In this document: piece by piece, positions 1 through 11,078 of the stretch
Layout: the number at the start of each line of letters is the position of its first letter
How positions within the stretch are numbered: the first letter of the stretch is position 1
DNA from: an uncultured Alphaproteobacteria bacterium
GTDB lineage: Bacteria; Pseudomonadota; Alphaproteobacteria; Acetobacterales; Acetobacteraceae
Length of the DNA: 64,000 nucleotides
Assembly: GCA_963771475.1 (NCBI GenBank)
Contig: CAVYTN010000023.1
Coordinates: 183,349 to 247,348, forward strand
Reading direction: 5' to 3'
The notes under the pieces: model-generated
What the model was told of the DNA's origin: nothing
Databases searched by the model: none
What the model saw: only the letters and a program-made list of their open reading frames with translations
Program-made: the position numbers and the translations under genes

Positions 1-433
1 AGATCAGGCCCCACTCGCGCGCCGAGGCGCCGATTGCCGCCGGCAGCACGCCCGTCACCTTGTTCAGCGATCCGTCCAGCGACAACTCCCCCAGGGCGGC
101 ATAGCCGGCGATCTCCTCGCGCGGCAGGATCTCCATCGCCGTCAGCATCGCCAGCGCCAATGGCAGATCGAAATGCGACCCTTCCTTCAGCAGGTCGGCG
201 GGTTTGAGGTTGATCAGGATGCGCTTGGGCGGCATCGACAGGCCCATGGCGGAGAACGCGGCGCGCACCCGTTCCCGCGCCTCGGCGACCGCCTTGTCGG
301 GCAGACCGACCAGGATCAGCGCCGGCGTGCCCTGCGCAAGCTGCACCTGCACTTCGACGGGTACCGCTTCGATTCCCGCGAACGCGAAGGTGTTGGCGAC
401 CGCCATGGTGGTGGATTGCGCGGGCTTGGACAT
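1..433 (-). CDS. comM: YifB/ComM family Mg-chelatase-like AAA+ ATPase (5' part; continues beyond window)
   Basis: Own translation of the minus strand: MAVANTFAFAGIEAVPVEVQVQLAQGTPALILVGLPDKAVAEARERVRAAF...INLKPADLLKEGSHFDLPLALA, the typical ComM N-terminus. Start is either 433 or 406. Confidence 0.9.
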   Translation of the reverse strand, partial: MSKPAQSTTMAVANTFAFAGIEAVPVEVQVQLAQGTPALILVGLPDKAVAEARERVRAAFSAMGLSMPPKRILINLKPADLLKEGSHFDLPLALAMLTAMEILPREEIAGYAALGELSLDGSLNKVTGVLPAAIGASAREWGLI

Positions 434-487
434 GGCCGCACTCTCACGGCTATTGGTAAAGAAACTGGAAAAAAGGGTGCTTGCCCG

Positions 488-892
488 ATGCCGTTCGACG
501 AAAGCGGCGGCCGCCCCGGTCGCCGACCTGGCCGCAATGTTCTCGGGGGGCCGCTTGGCCTCTGCTCCAACGAACCGATGACGGGGTTCTTCCGCAACGG
601 CTGTTGCGACACCGCGCCTGAAGACATCGGCAGTCACACGGTGTGCGCGGTGATGACGGACGCGTTCCTGGCGTTCAGTGCGGCCGCCGGCAACGACCTG
701 GCAACGCCCCGGCCAGAGTTCGGGTTCGCCGGCCTGAAGCCCGGCGACCGCTGGTGCCTGTGCGCGCCGCGCTGGCAGGAAGCGCTGGAGGCGAACGCCG
801 CACCGAACGTGGTCCTGAAGTCGACCGAGGAAGGCGCGCTGCGGCACTGCAAGCTGGTCGACCTGACGCGCTACGCGATCGACCTCGCATAA
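488..892 (+). CDS. DUF2237 family protein
   Basis: NVLGGPLGLCS..PMTGFFRNGCC...GSHTVCA...DLATPRPEFGFAGLKPGDRWCLCAPRW signature; ATG at 488. Confidence 0.85.
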   Translation: MPFDESGGRPGRRPGRNVLGGPLGLCSNEPMTGFFRNGCCDTAPEDIGSHTVCAVMTDAFLAFSAAAGNDLATPRPEFGFAGLKPGDRWCLCAPRWQEALEANAAPNVVLKSTEEGALRHCKLVDLTRYAIDLA

Positions 893-952
893 CAAGCCGC
901 GGTCGGCGCGTCCGAGCGGCGAACATGCGCGGCGAGGTCGCTGAACGCCGGG

Positions 953-2866
953 TCAGGTGGCGGCCTGGCCACCCAGTACAGTCCGCAACTCATCCAATGC
1001 GGCCGGGTCCTCGATCGTCGGCGGCACCGGGGCGGTTTCGCCGTCGGCGATCTTGCGGATCCTGCCGCGCAGGATCTTGCCCGACCGCGTCTTCGGCAGC
1101 CGCGGCACCACCCGCGCATCCTTGAACGCCGCGACCGGACCGATGCGTTCGCGCACCAGCGCCACCAGTTCCGCTGCGATCTCTGCCTCCGGCCGGTTGA
1201 CGCCGGCTTTCAGCACGACCAGCCCGATCGGCGTCTGCCCCTTGAGCTCATCCTTCGCGCCGATCACCGCGCATTCCGCGACGTCCGGATGCGACGCCAG
1301 CACCTCCTCCATCGAGCCGGTGGACAGCCGGTGGCCGGCGACGTTGATGATGTCGTCGGTGCGGCCCATCACCCAGACATCGCCGTCCGCGTCGACCACG
1401 CCGGCGTCGCCGGTGCGATACCAGCCGGGGAAGTCGGACGAGATAGGCGGTGCGGTAGCCCTCGTCGTTCTGCCACAGCGTCGGCCCGCATCCGGGCGGC
1501 AGCGGCAGGCGCAGCGACAGGTTGCCGGTCTGCCCGCGCGGCAGCACCTCGCCATCGTCGTCCAGCGCGTGCAGGTCATATCCCGGGCATGGCCGGCCGC
1601 CGGAGCCGGGCTTGAACGGGAACAGCCCGAACTGGCGGAAGCCGGCGGTGATCGGCCAGCCGGTCTCGGTCTGCCACCAGTGATCGACGACCGGCATGCC
1701 CAGCAGCTCGTGCGCCCAGATCGCGGTCGGCGGATCGCAGCGCTCGCCGGCCAGATACAGCGCCTCCAGGCTGGACAGATCATGCTGCTGCGCCAGCTTG
1801 CCCTCCGGGTCCTGCTGCTTGATCGCGCGCATCGCGGTCGGCGCGGTGAACAGCACCTTCACCTGGTGCTGCGCGCGATCACCCGCCAGAAGGCGCCGGC
1901 GTCCGGCGTGCCGACCGGCTTGCCCTCATACATGACGCGAGGTGCAGCCGCGCAGCAGCGGCGCGTAGACGATGTAGCTGTGGCCGACGACCCAGCCGAC
2001 ATCCGAGGCCGTCCACCAGACGTCGCCCGCCTCGATGCCGTAGATCATCTTCATCGAGTTCCACAGCGCGACGGCATGGCCGCCATTGTCGCGCACCACG
2101 CCTTTGGGGCGGCCCGTGGTGCCGGAGGTGTAGAGGATATACAGCGGATCGGTCGCCAGCACCGGCACGCAGCCATGCGGCTCGGCCGCCGCCACGGCTT
2201 CGCGGAAGTCGTGGTCGCGGCCGGCGACCATCGGCGCCTCGGCCTGCGGGCGCTGCAGGATCAGGCAGGCGTCCGGCTTGTGCGGCGACAACTGCGATCG
2301 CCACGTCCAGCAGCGGCTTGTATTTGACCACCCGTGCCCGGCTCCAGCCCGCAGGACGCCGAGACGATCACCTTCGGCTTGGCATCGGCGATGCGCGTGG
2401 ACAGTTCCGCCGCCGCGAAGCCGCCGAACACCACCGAATGGACCGCGCCCGAGCCGCGCGCGAGGCCAGCATGGCGATCGCGGCCTCCGGCACCATCGGC
2501 ATGTAGATCACCACCCGGTCGCCCCGGCCGACGCCCAGCGCGGCGAGGGCACCGGCGAGCTTGGCGGTCTCGGTCAGCGACCTCGGCATAGGTGAAGGTC
2601 ACGATGCTGCCGGTCATCGGGCTGTCGTAGATCAGCGCCGACCTGCTCGCCGCGTCCGGCCTCCACGTGCCGGTCGAGGCAATTGTAGCAGGTGTTCAGC
2701 ATCGCCGCCGGCGAACCATTGGCCGAAGGCGCCCATGCGCCGGGTCGAAGACCTTGTCCCAGCGCTTCGTCCAGGTGATGCCCTCGGCCTCCTGGGCCCA
2801 GAACGATGCAGGGTCGCGCATCCAGTCGCGCATAGGCCTCGGCGTAGGACTGGTGGCCTTGGTCAT
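953..2866 (-). CDS. prpE: Propionyl-CoA synthetase / acyl-CoA synthetase (several frameshifts)
   Basis: Fragments in different frames: [53 protein letters not shown]. Confidence 0.85.
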
Positions 2867-2993
2867 GCCGCGTTCCTTCCCTGTCTGGTGCGTTTCCCTG
2901 AAGCGTTTGTCCGGCCGGACCGTTCAGTGGTCAAGACAGACTTGCGCGCGTGGGCCGGGGATGGTTTCTGCGAGGCGGTCGACTCAGGAGGGA

Positions 2994-3762
2994 ATGATGC
3001 AGATCAACGGTCTGGCCGCGCTGGTGACCGGCGGCGGCTCCGGTCTTGGCGCCGCGACGGCGCAGCATCTCGCCGGCCTCGGCTGCCCGCGTCGCGGTGG
3101 TCGATATCAACCAGGCGGCGGCCGAGGCGCATGGCGGCGAAGATCGGCGGCATCGGCATCGCGCTGCGACGTGGCCGACGCGGCCTCCGGCGAGGCCGCC
3201 TTCGCCGCGGCACGCGCCGCGCACGGGCCGGTGCGCATCCTGGTCAACTGCGCCGGGATCGGCACCGCCGGGCGTATCGTCGGTCGCGACGGTCCGACTG
3301 AAGCTGGAGGCGTTCGAGCGGGTCATCCGCATCAACCTGATCGGCAGCTTCAACATGCTGCGCCTCGCCGCCGCCGAGATGGCGGAAGCCGATCCGCTGG
3401 ACGAAAACGAGCGCGGCGTGATCGTCAACACCGCCTCGATCGCGGCCTATGACGGTCAGGTCGGCCAGCCCGCCTATGCGGCCTCCAAGGGCGGCGTCGT
3501 CGGGATGACGCTGCCGGCCGCTCGCGAACTGGCCCGCGTCGGCGTGCGGGTGGTGACGATCGCGCCCGGCCTGTTCCACACGCCGATGGTCGACGGCCTG
3601 CCGCCGGAGGTGCAGGCCAGCCTGGGCGCCGGCATCCCGTTCCCGCCACGTCTGGGCCGGCCGTCGGAATACGCGGCGCTGGTCGAGCATATCGTCGCCA
3701 ACCGGTTCCTGAACGGAGAGGTCATCCGCCTGGACGGCGCGCTGCGTATGCCGCCGCGGTAG
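2994..3762 (+). CDS. SDR, 3-hydroxyacyl-CoA dehydrogenase type II (HSD17B10-like), frameshifted
   Basis: [11 protein letters not shown]; [27 protein letters not shown]; [16 protein letters not shown]. Confidence 0.85.
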
Positions 3763-3837
3763 AGCGGTTTCAGGCCATCCCGGGCCACGAGGCACGGTTT
3801 CTCGCCGCGCGTCCTCCGCTGATGGCCGGGACGAGCC

Positions 3838-4276
3838 CAACGCTGTCCGGTATGCATCTTGCCGATTGTCCGGTTGCCGATTGGCCGGTGCGGCGATCGG
3901 CTTGGGTGAAAGAAAACACGGAGCCGGCCCGCAAGCGGGCCTTGGACGGAGGATACGAAGGACACGGAGTCGTTGCAGCAGCGTCGCGGGGACAGGGTTC
4001 GACCGGCTGACTGCCGGAAGGGGCCATGTTTGCTGCCTTTGGCAGCCTGTACTGTCCCGGCGGACGCAGTGCGGTTTCGTAACGCGCGAAGCGCTCTGAA
4101 ATGCTCAGCGTAAATCACGCCACAAAGCGGCCTGTATTCCAAAACCGCCGTGAAACAACGCCTCCGTGACCTCCGGCTTCCTCCGTCCAAGGCCCGCTTG
4201 CGGGCCGGCTCCGTGTTGAGGCTTTCGCGGAGTCGAAACAACTCCAGACTTGCAAATGTCGTACCGGACAGCCGTG
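3838..4276. mobile_element. Non-coding MITE-like element with IS4-type ends inside a REP-like palindrome
   Basis: TIRs CAACGCTGTCCGGTA (3838-3852) and TACCGGACAGCCGTG (4262-4276), 13/15 match. Flanking 9-bp direct repeats GGACGAGCC and GGTCAAGCC (7/9). Flanks rejoin as GATGGCCG...CGGGCCATGAC. Confidence 0.6.
3915..4217. repeat. Paired inverted CACGGAG-family arms
   Basis: Perfect 39-bp inverted repeat at 3915-3953 and 4179-4217, extending imperfectly to about 60 bp. Confidence 0.85.
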
Positions 4277-4349
4277 GGTCAAGCCGGGCCATGACGGGTT
4301 TTTTCAGTCAGGTTGAAAACGCTCTAAATTGCGAATCGGGCGAAACCCG

Positions 4350-5738
4350 TCAGGCAAGGCTCTCGGAGCGAAGCACCTGCACCTGATCCAGGTGAAGGAT
4401 GCCCTTATACGGCAGTTCCAGGCGCACGAAGCGGATCATCCGATCGACCGTGATGTCGAGCGGGTGTCCGTCCCAACCGCCGAAGGGTTCGCCCGCGTGG
4501 CGGCCGGCAAGGTACCAGTGGCGACCGTCAATGGACACATGGAGTTCGAGGCCGTTGGCCCGTGACGGAATTTCCATGCGGTTGAACACCAGGACGCGGC
4601 TGACCGGTTGTGGCGAGAGCAGGTCCACCATCCACCAGGGTCGGTCCTCCAGAAAGGTATGGAAGGAGAACTCGCCCGAAGGTGGCCCGGCGACCGCACC
4701 GGCGGCGTCGTTGGGCCGCAGGGACCACTCGGACAGTGAACTCTGCGCTGCCGGCTTGCCGAGAGCGAGGTTGCTGGCGTCAAGCCCCAGGAAACGGAGC
4801 CAGTCCGGATCGCCGAACCGGCGCAGTTGGGCCAGTGCACGTTGGCAGCCGGCATCGTCACCGGTTCGATACAGGTGACGATGGACCAACGGCAGCGCCC
4901 AGGCAACGGCGGCGTCGCGAAGGCGGCGCCGGTGAGGATGATCCTCGTCCAGCAGGACCGAAATCTCAGGCGTGTCCCTGATCAGCTTCGCCGCGAACCG
5001 CCGATGGTCAAGGATGGGATGGAGGAAGTCCTCATGGGTGAGGAATGGCAAGTCCTCCTCAGGGCGCGGCGGTGAGGTGTCGTAACAGCGGGTGGAACCG
5101 AGTTCGTGCAGCGGCGTCAGGCGGTAACCGGCCAGATGGAGTTCGGTCGCAATCGCCGCCTCGCAGAACGGCATCACGGTGGCCTCGCCGGCCTGCACCC
5201 GCGCGCCGGCAATGACGCGGCGATGATAGAGCGTGTGCGCCGCGCGGTTCGAAAAGACAGAGATGCAGGTCAGCCAGTTCCGGATATCCTCGGTGCGGTA
5301 CCAGCCTTCGCAAGTATGGCGCCAGGGCCAATTCGGGATCGGGATCGGAATCGGTTCGCCAACGAAATCGACACCGCCCGCATCCAGGCGGGCGATCATC
5401 TCATCGAGCCCGACATTCACGGCGGCGTCGAATTCGATCATCAGGTAGTATTGGTAATCGGGGTAGCGCTGCGTGAAGAAGTGGAGCGGATAATCCGCGT
5501 TGTACCAGAATGATGGCGCCTTACCGATATGGACCAGACCGATCGTCCCGACCGAAGCGGCAGTAACGCGTACGATGCGGTCCTCGGGATGGGTGATGCC
5601 GTTGACCGGTCCATCCGTCTCATCGACCAGCACGAAGATGTCGCCGGTTTCGCAACGCTGCTTGAGCCGTTCTAGCTGACGCGTGCTGTAGTCGTCCCAG
5701 TAATGACATCTGAACAGGACGGCATAGGTCGGTGCCAT
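4350..5738 (-). CDS. Glycosyltransferase-like N-terminal domain fused to a C-terminal discoidin/F-type lectin domain
   Basis: Intact 462-aa ORF. N-terminal YPDYQYYLMIEFD motif; C-terminal NLALGKPAAQSS...HT..EDRPWWMVDL...VFNR. Confidence 0.65.
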   Translation of the reverse strand: MAPTYAVLFRCHYWDDYSTRQLERLKQRCETGDIFVLVDETDGPVNGITHPEDRIVRVTAASVGTIGLVHIGKAPSFWYNADYPLHFFTQRYPDYQYYLMIEFDAAVNVGLDEMIARLDAGGVDFVGEPIPIPIPNWPWRHTCEGWYRTEDIRNWLTCISVFSNRAAHTLYHRRVIAGARVQAGEATVMPFCEAAIATELHLAGYRLTPLHELGSTRCYDTSPPRPEEDLPFLTHEDFLHPILDHRRFAAKLIRDTPEISVLLDEDHPHRRRLRDAAVAWALPLVHRHLYRTGDDAGCQRALAQLRRFGDPDWLRFLGLDASNLALGKPAAQSSLSEWSLRPNDAAGAVAGPPSGEFSFHTFLEDRPWWMVDLLSPQPVSRVLVFNRMEIPSRANGLELHVSIDGRHWYLAGRHAGEPFGGWDGHPLDITVDRMIRFVRLELPYKGILHLDQVQVLRSESLA

Positions 5739-5924
5739 GAATTGAGCCTGTCGCGGATCGCATGCCCCAATCGCAAGCGCATCTCACTAGGATGCTCGCA
5801 TTCCGGCCTTGTCACCGTCAACGAGATGGTCACGCAACGGGATCGCACCGCACCAGTAAGAACGCCCGAGAAAGGATCGTCCTCGGACATGGGGCGTACC
5901 GAACTCACACGTTATCCGCCGGCT

Positions 5925-7217
5925 TCAGTCCGCCGCCCCGAGCACCACCGGCACCGCGGACGCCGCCCGCGACGCCGCCACCCAGCGCAGCGTGCCGACA
6001 TGGGCGCAGATCGGGCATTTCGGCTGCCAGGTCGCCGGCTCTGCGCTGCAATTGGTGCACAGCCAATGCGGGTCTGACTCCGCGCCCGAGGCCGCACGCA
6101 ACGCCGCACGCTGCGCCTGCCGCCCGGCTTCCGTATCGCCGTGCTGCTGTTCTTCCAGGTCCGCGGTCAGCAGATAGAGCCGCCGCTGGTTCGCGCCGTG
6201 GGCGCGCGCCGCCTCGATCTGCATCCTTGCCTCGCTGCTTATGCCGGCATCCAGGGCGCATTGCGCCACCAGAATCCGGCTTTCCGGATGCGTCGGGTTG
6301 CGTTCGGCCAGGCGCTTGGCGGCCTGCAGGCGGGCCAGCTTGTCGACGTCCTGTGCCAGGAAAAGTTCGGCCAGATCGGGATGCGGCGCCTTCGCCCAAG
6401 CATCCAGGAGTGTTGTCCGCGCCCGATTCTCCTGCCCCGCCAGCCGCAGCCGGCGCACATAGGCAACGGTCGCCGGCGAGAAGGTCGGGTCCTCTTTCCA
6501 GGCCAGCCGCGCATAATCGAGCGCGCGCTTCGGATTGGTCTCGGCATCCGCCGCGGCGATATAATAGACGACGCGGCGCGGATCGGATCCGATCAGTTCC
6601 AGCGCATCCGCCCAATTATCGGTCTGCAAGGCGAGTTCGGCACGCTGCTGACGCAGCCAGGCAGTGCCGGGATGGGCGAGTTCCGCCTTGCGCGCAAGCG
6701 CCGTCGCCTCCGCCCAGTCACGCCGATCGATGGCCTGGCGCAGCAGGCCGCGATAGCCGAGGAAACTGCCCTCCGGCTGCTTGGTCAGCGCGCGGAAGGC
6801 TTCCTCCGCCTCGTCCTCACGCCCGTCCAGCCGTCCGGCCTCGGCGACCAGCAGCAGGGTCTGAGGATTGTCGCCCAGCAGGCGCCGGGCGCGGCGGGCG
6901 GATTTGCGCGCCTCGGCCTCCTCACCGGCGGCGAGCGCCACCAGAACGCGGTTCAGCGCCCGCTGGCCGATGCGCATCCGGTGATTCTGCCGCCAGCGCG
7001 CCGTGCTGCCGGGGATCATCCGGACCCCGGCCACCAGGCGCAGGAGGACTATCAGCACCAGCACCAGGATGACCGCCGCCAGTATGGCGACCGGCAGCGA
7101 AGTCTGGATGTCATACGCACCAAAGGATACCGCCACCTGCCCACCGATCCCGGCGAGGTACCAGGCGATCGCGATGACGACGATGGCGACGCCGAGGGCG
7201 ACCAGCAGCCGGCGCAT
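5925..7217 (-). CDS. hemY: HemY_N-domain TPR membrane protein (alphaproteobacterial HemY-like)
   Basis: Two N-terminal TM helices, TPR-like helices, PHPDLA motif, C-terminal CxxC..CPxC; lies downstream of hemD. Confidence 0.8.
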   Translation of the reverse strand: MRRLLVALGVAIVVIAIAWYLAGIGGQVAVSFGAYDIQTSLPVAILAAVILVLVLIVLLRLVAGVRMIPGSTARWRQNHRMRIGQRALNRVLVALAAGEEAEARKSARRARRLLGDNPQTLLLVAEAGRLDGREDEAEEAFRALTKQPEGSFLGYRGLLRQAIDRRDWAEATALARKAELAHPGTAWLRQQRAELALQTDNWADALELIGSDPRRVVYYIAAADAETNPKRALDYARLAWKEDPTFSPATVAYVRRLRLAGQENRARTTLLDAWAKAPHPDLAELFLAQDVDKLARLQAAKRLAERNPTHPESRILVAQCALDAGISSEARMQIEAARAHGANQRRLYLLTADLEEQQHGDTEAGRQAQRAALRAASGAESDPHWLCTNCSAEPATWQPKCPICAHVGTLRWVAASRAASAVPVVLGAAD

Positions 7218-8286
7218 TACGCCTGCCCCGCCATCGATGCCAGCGCCGCTCGGGCGGCCAGCAGCGACTGGGCGTCAGCCAGCCAGCCCGCCATCGCCTT
7301 TTTCGGCGCGTCCGCAAGCTGCGACAGCGCCGCCACCGCCTTGCCGAGGTCGCCGGCGTCCAGCGCCGTCTGCGCCGCCGCCAGCGCGGCCGCGGATTGG
7401 TTGCCGACCACGACCTCATTGCCGCGACGGACCGTCACCAGCGCCTGCGCCTTTTCCCAGACGCGATCGGCAAACGGCGCCTGCGCCGGAACGGGTTGCT
7501 CTGCCGCCAGGGCTGCGCGCTGCGCCGCAGGGAACGAGAGCCTCAACTGCGCCTCGGTCGGCGGCGGCGTAAGGGCGTATTTTGTCAGAGCCGGTGGCGC
7601 ACCGATCAGGTCGCCGACCGGCTTGCCTGCATTCAGCGCCAGCACCGCGTCCTGGAGCCGCGCGACTTTCGCCACCCGCGCCTGGACCGCGGCGGCGCTG
7701 TTCTCCGCAGCCTCCAGCCGCGCGACGCGGGCCGACAGCGCGTCGGTCGCCTGTTTCGAGTCATCCTGTCCCGTCTGCAGCCGCGCAGTCAGGCCTTCGA
7801 TCCGGCCGGCCATCACGTCCAGCCGCTGCGCCACCTGGGCGGGATCGGCATTTTGCCGCGCCTCCAGCGCGTCGACGCGCGCGGCCAGCTTGGCGACATC
7901 GGCCGGCGAAGCGGCGGGCGGCGGAACCGGCCGCGCCTCCAACTGGCGCAGCCGCGCATCCAGCGACGCGATCCGCTGGTCGGCATCGCGCACCTGTGGC
8001 GGCACGGACGGGTTCAGCCAGACGATGACAAGGCCGATGAGGAGAATGACAAATCCGATGGCGGACAGCGCGGGCAGCAGATCCCGGCTGGTGACCGGTC
8101 TCCGCGTATGCCCCGTGGGGACTGCGCCAGGAGGCACGTCCACGGCGGGCGCGCGTCCATCTCCGGCGCGTCCGCATGGGTCGCCTCCGGGGATGGTGGC
8201 GCCCCGGTCACCGTCTCCGGCGTGTGGCCGGCGGACGCCGGTCCGGTGGTCTCCGGGGTCGGGATCTTGTCACTCTTTTCACTCAT
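7217..8286 (-). CDS. COG4223 / mitofilin-like inner-membrane coiled-coil protein (one frameshift near 8150)
   Basis: Start overlaps the hemD stop. TM segment plus coiled coil, and C-terminal 'ALDAGDLGKAV...WLADAQ..AARAAL'. Conserved hemD-COG4223-hemY order. Confidence 0.75.
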
Positions 8287-8981
8287 TGCAGTAGCACCAG
8301 CATGGCGTCCTGGTTAGGCCGAGCGGCGATACGGATATGCCGCCAAGGGAGGGCGCTTAATGCCATGGCTGTTCGCTCGCTGATAGACACCGCTTCGATA
8401 GCGGCGAGCGTTTCCACAACCCCGGCATCGCGCGCCAGGCGGACGAACTGACGGGCGGTTTCGGCCGAGAAGAACAGCGCCCAGCGGATTTTCCCGGCTT
8501 GCAAGGCCGTGACAGCATTCTCCGGCAACGCTGCAATGGGTTCGGCCTGGTAGGCAACGCGGCGAAGGACCCGCCAGCCGCGGGCACGCAGGGCGGCGGA
8601 CAGCGCTCCCCCCTGGCCGCAGCCCACAGGTAAAAAAAGCGTCTGGTTCCGCGCGCCGATTGCCGCGTCGATCAGGGCCGGCAGGGCGGCGGCGTCCGCG
8701 TCCGCATCGATCACATGTTCGAATCCCGCCTCACGCGCGCGTCGCGCCGTGGCCGATCCGACGGCGAAGGCGGGCCGGGCGTGGCAGGCCGGCGGGCAGG
8801 CGGCTATGGCATTGCCGCTGGTCAGGACGGTCGCGGCGAATTCACCCGGCAGACGGATCGGACCGGCCGCCGGCACGATGGCCAGCACGGGCGCCACGAC
8901 CGGCATCAACCCCAGCGCGGCGACATTGCGGCCGGTCTGGCAGGCGCCGGGCTCCGGCCTGGTGATCAGCACCCCGTCCAC
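8283..8981 (-). CDS. hemD: Uroporphyrinogen-III synthase
   Basis: VLITRPEP, VLTSGNA, AFAVGSATA, LFFSAETA, AARPNQDAML. Confidence 0.9.
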   Translation of the reverse strand: MDGVLITRPEPGACQTGRNVAALGLMPVVAPVLAIVPAAGPIRLPGEFAATVLTSGNAIAACPPACHARPAFAVGSATARRAREAGFEHVIDADADAAALPALIDAAIGARNQTLFLPVGCGQGGALSAALRARGWRVLRRVAYQAEPIAALPENAVTALQAGKIRWALFFSAETARQFVRLARDAGVVETLAAIEAVSISERTAMALSALPWRHIRIAARPNQDAMLVLLQ

Positions 8982-9042
8982 GTGATCACCCCGTCCACGT
9001 GATCACCCCGTCCATGCGATCACCCCGTCCACGCGATCACCC
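8970..9042. repeat. 17-bp tandem repeat (about 4.3 copies) over the hemD start
   Basis: Unit CACCCCGTCCACGTGAT at 8970, 8987, 9004 and 9021, plus a partial copy at 9038. Confidence 0.95.
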
Positions 9043-9078
9043 TTGCCAAACCGTCCCTGCCCGTCTTGATAACAGGTC

Positions 9079-10257
9079 TTGATAACGCGCTTTGGCCAGA
9101 CGTGCCACGGGCTGGGTGCAGCAGCGGGAGACAGGATGATCGCTGGCGGGACACAGGTGAACGGATCGGCCCCCAAAGGTCATGCCCCCCAAGGTTATGC
9201 CCCCGCAGGTCGCGCCGTCCTGGGCATCGAGACCTCCTGCGACGAGACCGCCGCCGCCGTGCTCGATCTGAACGGACTTGTGCTGGCAGAGGCAGTGCTC
9301 AGCCAGTTCACCGACCATGCCCCCTATGGCGGCGTCGTGCCGGAGATCGCCGCTCGCGCTCATCTCCGCTATTTGCCCGCCCAGGTGACGCATGTGCTGG
9401 ACACCGCCGGCGTGACACCGGCCGATCTGGCGGGCGTTGCAGCCACCACGGGACCCGGCCTGATCGGGGGCCTGATCGTCGGGTGCCAGTTCGGCAAGGG
9501 GCTGGCCCTCGGCGCCGGCAAGCCTTTCCTGGCGATCAACCATCTGGAAGCGCATGCGCTCACTGCCCGCCTGCCGGGACTGACCGAGGATGGTGCGCCC
9601 TTCCCCTATCTGCTGATGCTGCTGTCGGGCGGTCATTCGCAATGCATCGCGGTTCGCGGCGTGGGCGACTATGTCCGGCTGGGCGGCACCGTCGACGATG
9701 CCGCGGGTGAGGCGTTCGACAAGGTCGCCAAGCTGCTGGGCCTGGGTTGGCCGGGCGGTCCGGCGCTGGAGCGACTTGCTGCCGAAGGCAACCCCGGCGC
9801 TTTCCCACTGCCCCGTCCGATGCTGCGCCGGCCGGGCTGCGATTTCAGTTTCTCCGGCCTGAAGACGGCTGTGGCCCAGATCGCCGCGGCTGGCGTTGCG
9901 GACCAGCGGCGTGCCGACCTCGCCGCCAGCTTCCAGCGAGCCGTCACCGATGTGATGGCGGATCGCGCCGCCCATGCGATGGCGATGATGCGCGAACGCC
10001 ACCCCGAGGCGAGGCTGCTGGTGGTCGCCGGCGGCGTGGCGGCAAATGCAGCGATCCGCGCCGCGCTGGCACGCACGGCCGAAGCGCATGGGTTCCGCAT
10101 GGTCGCGCCGCCGCTGCGGCTCTGTTCCGACAATGCCGTGATGGTCGCCTGGGCCGGCATCGAGCGGCTGCGCCTCGGCGTGTCGGACGGGATGGAGGTC
10201 GCACCAAGACCGCGCTGGCCGCTGGCGGAGCTTAATCGTCCGACGGTGCCGGCATGA
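9079..10257 (+). CDS. tsaD: tRNA N6-adenosine threonylcarbamoyltransferase
   Basis: [69 protein letters not shown]. True start may be 9136-9157. Confidence 0.95.
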   Translation: MITRFGQTCHGLGAAAGDRMIAGGTQVNGSAPKGHAPQGYAPAGRAVLGIETSCDETAAAVLDLNGLVLAEAVLSQFTDHAPYGGVVPEIAARAHLRYLPAQVTHVLDTAGVTPADLAGVAATTGPGLIGGLIVGCQFGKGLALGAGKPFLAINHLEAHALTARLPGLTEDGAPFPYLLMLLSGGHSQCIAVRGVGDYVRLGGTVDDAAGEAFDKVAKLLGLGWPGGPALERLAAEGNPGAFPLPRPMLRRPGCDFSFSGLKTAVAQIAAAGVADQRRADLAASFQRAVTDVMADRAAHAMAMMRERHPEARLLVVAGGVAANAAIRAALARTAEAHGFRMVAPPLRLCSDNAVMVAWAGIERLRLGVSDGMEVAPRPRWPLAELNRPTVPA

Positions 10258-11078
10258 ACTACCGTCATGCGTTCCACGCTGGCAATTTCGCAGATTGCTT
10301 CAAGCATGCACTCCTCGTCGCGCTGCTCGACAGTCTGACGCGGAAGCCGACACCGTTCTGTGTGATGGATACCCATGCCGGATCGGGCCGCTATGACCTG
10401 TCCGCCGACGCCGCTCGGCGGACCGAGGAAGCCCAGGGCGGCATCCTGCGTCTGCTGGCAAGCCGGGACGCCGCATCGCCGTTGGCATCATACCTGGATC
10501 TGATTGGCCGACTGGGGCTCTACCCCGGCTCGCCGCTGATCATCCGGACGCTGCTCCGCCCGGACGACCGCCTGATCTGCTGCGAGAAGCATCCCGAGGA
10601 GGCGGCTACGCTGAAACGCCTGTTCCACCATGACGGGCAGGTCGAGGTGCATGCCCGCTCCGGTTGGGAGGCGATGGGCGCCCTGCTGCCGCCGAAGCAG
10701 AAGCGCGGCCTTGTGTTCATCGACCCGCCGTTCGAGGAACGCGACGAGTTCGCCACGCTGGCTGCTGCCCTGAAGACCGGCCATGCGCGGTTCGGCCATG
10801 GCGTGTTCGCAGCCTGGTATCCGATCAAGCGCCTCGCGGCCGTGCATGGGTTCCATGCCGACATGAAAGCCGCAGGCATCCGCGACGTCATCGCCATAGA
10901 CATGTGCCTGCGCGATCCCACCGAACCGGAGCGGATGAACGGCTGCGGCCTGTTGGTGATCAACCCGCCCTATCGCTTTGCGGAAACGGCTGCCACCCTG
11001 GCGCGGGCGGTGCTGGCCGGTCTTGGACCGGCAGAACCCGGCGCAGGCGTTCAACTGCTGCGAATTGCCGATGAATGA
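10254..11078 (+). CDS. rlmJ: 23S rRNA (adenine2030-N6)-methyltransferase
   Basis: [45 protein letters not shown]. Confidence 0.95.
   Translation: MNYRHAFHAGNFADCFKHALLVALLDSLTRKPTPFCVMDTHAGSGRYDLSADAARRTEEAQGGILRLLASRDAASPLASYLDLIGRLGLYPGSPLIIRTLLRPDDRLICCEKHPEEAATLKRLFHHDGQVEVHARSGWEAMGALLPPKQKRGLVFIDPPFEERDEFATLAAALKTGHARFGHGVFAAWYPIKRLAAVHGFHADMKAAGIRDVIAIDMCLRDPTEPERMNGCGLLVINPPYRFAETAATLARAVLAGLGPAEPGAGVQLLRIADE

Noticed and set aside
6141-8294. Long antisense ORFs (717 aa here; also 10488-12335 and 33567-35405)
   Set aside because: They are shadow frames of real genes in high-GC DNA and carry no recognisable motifs.
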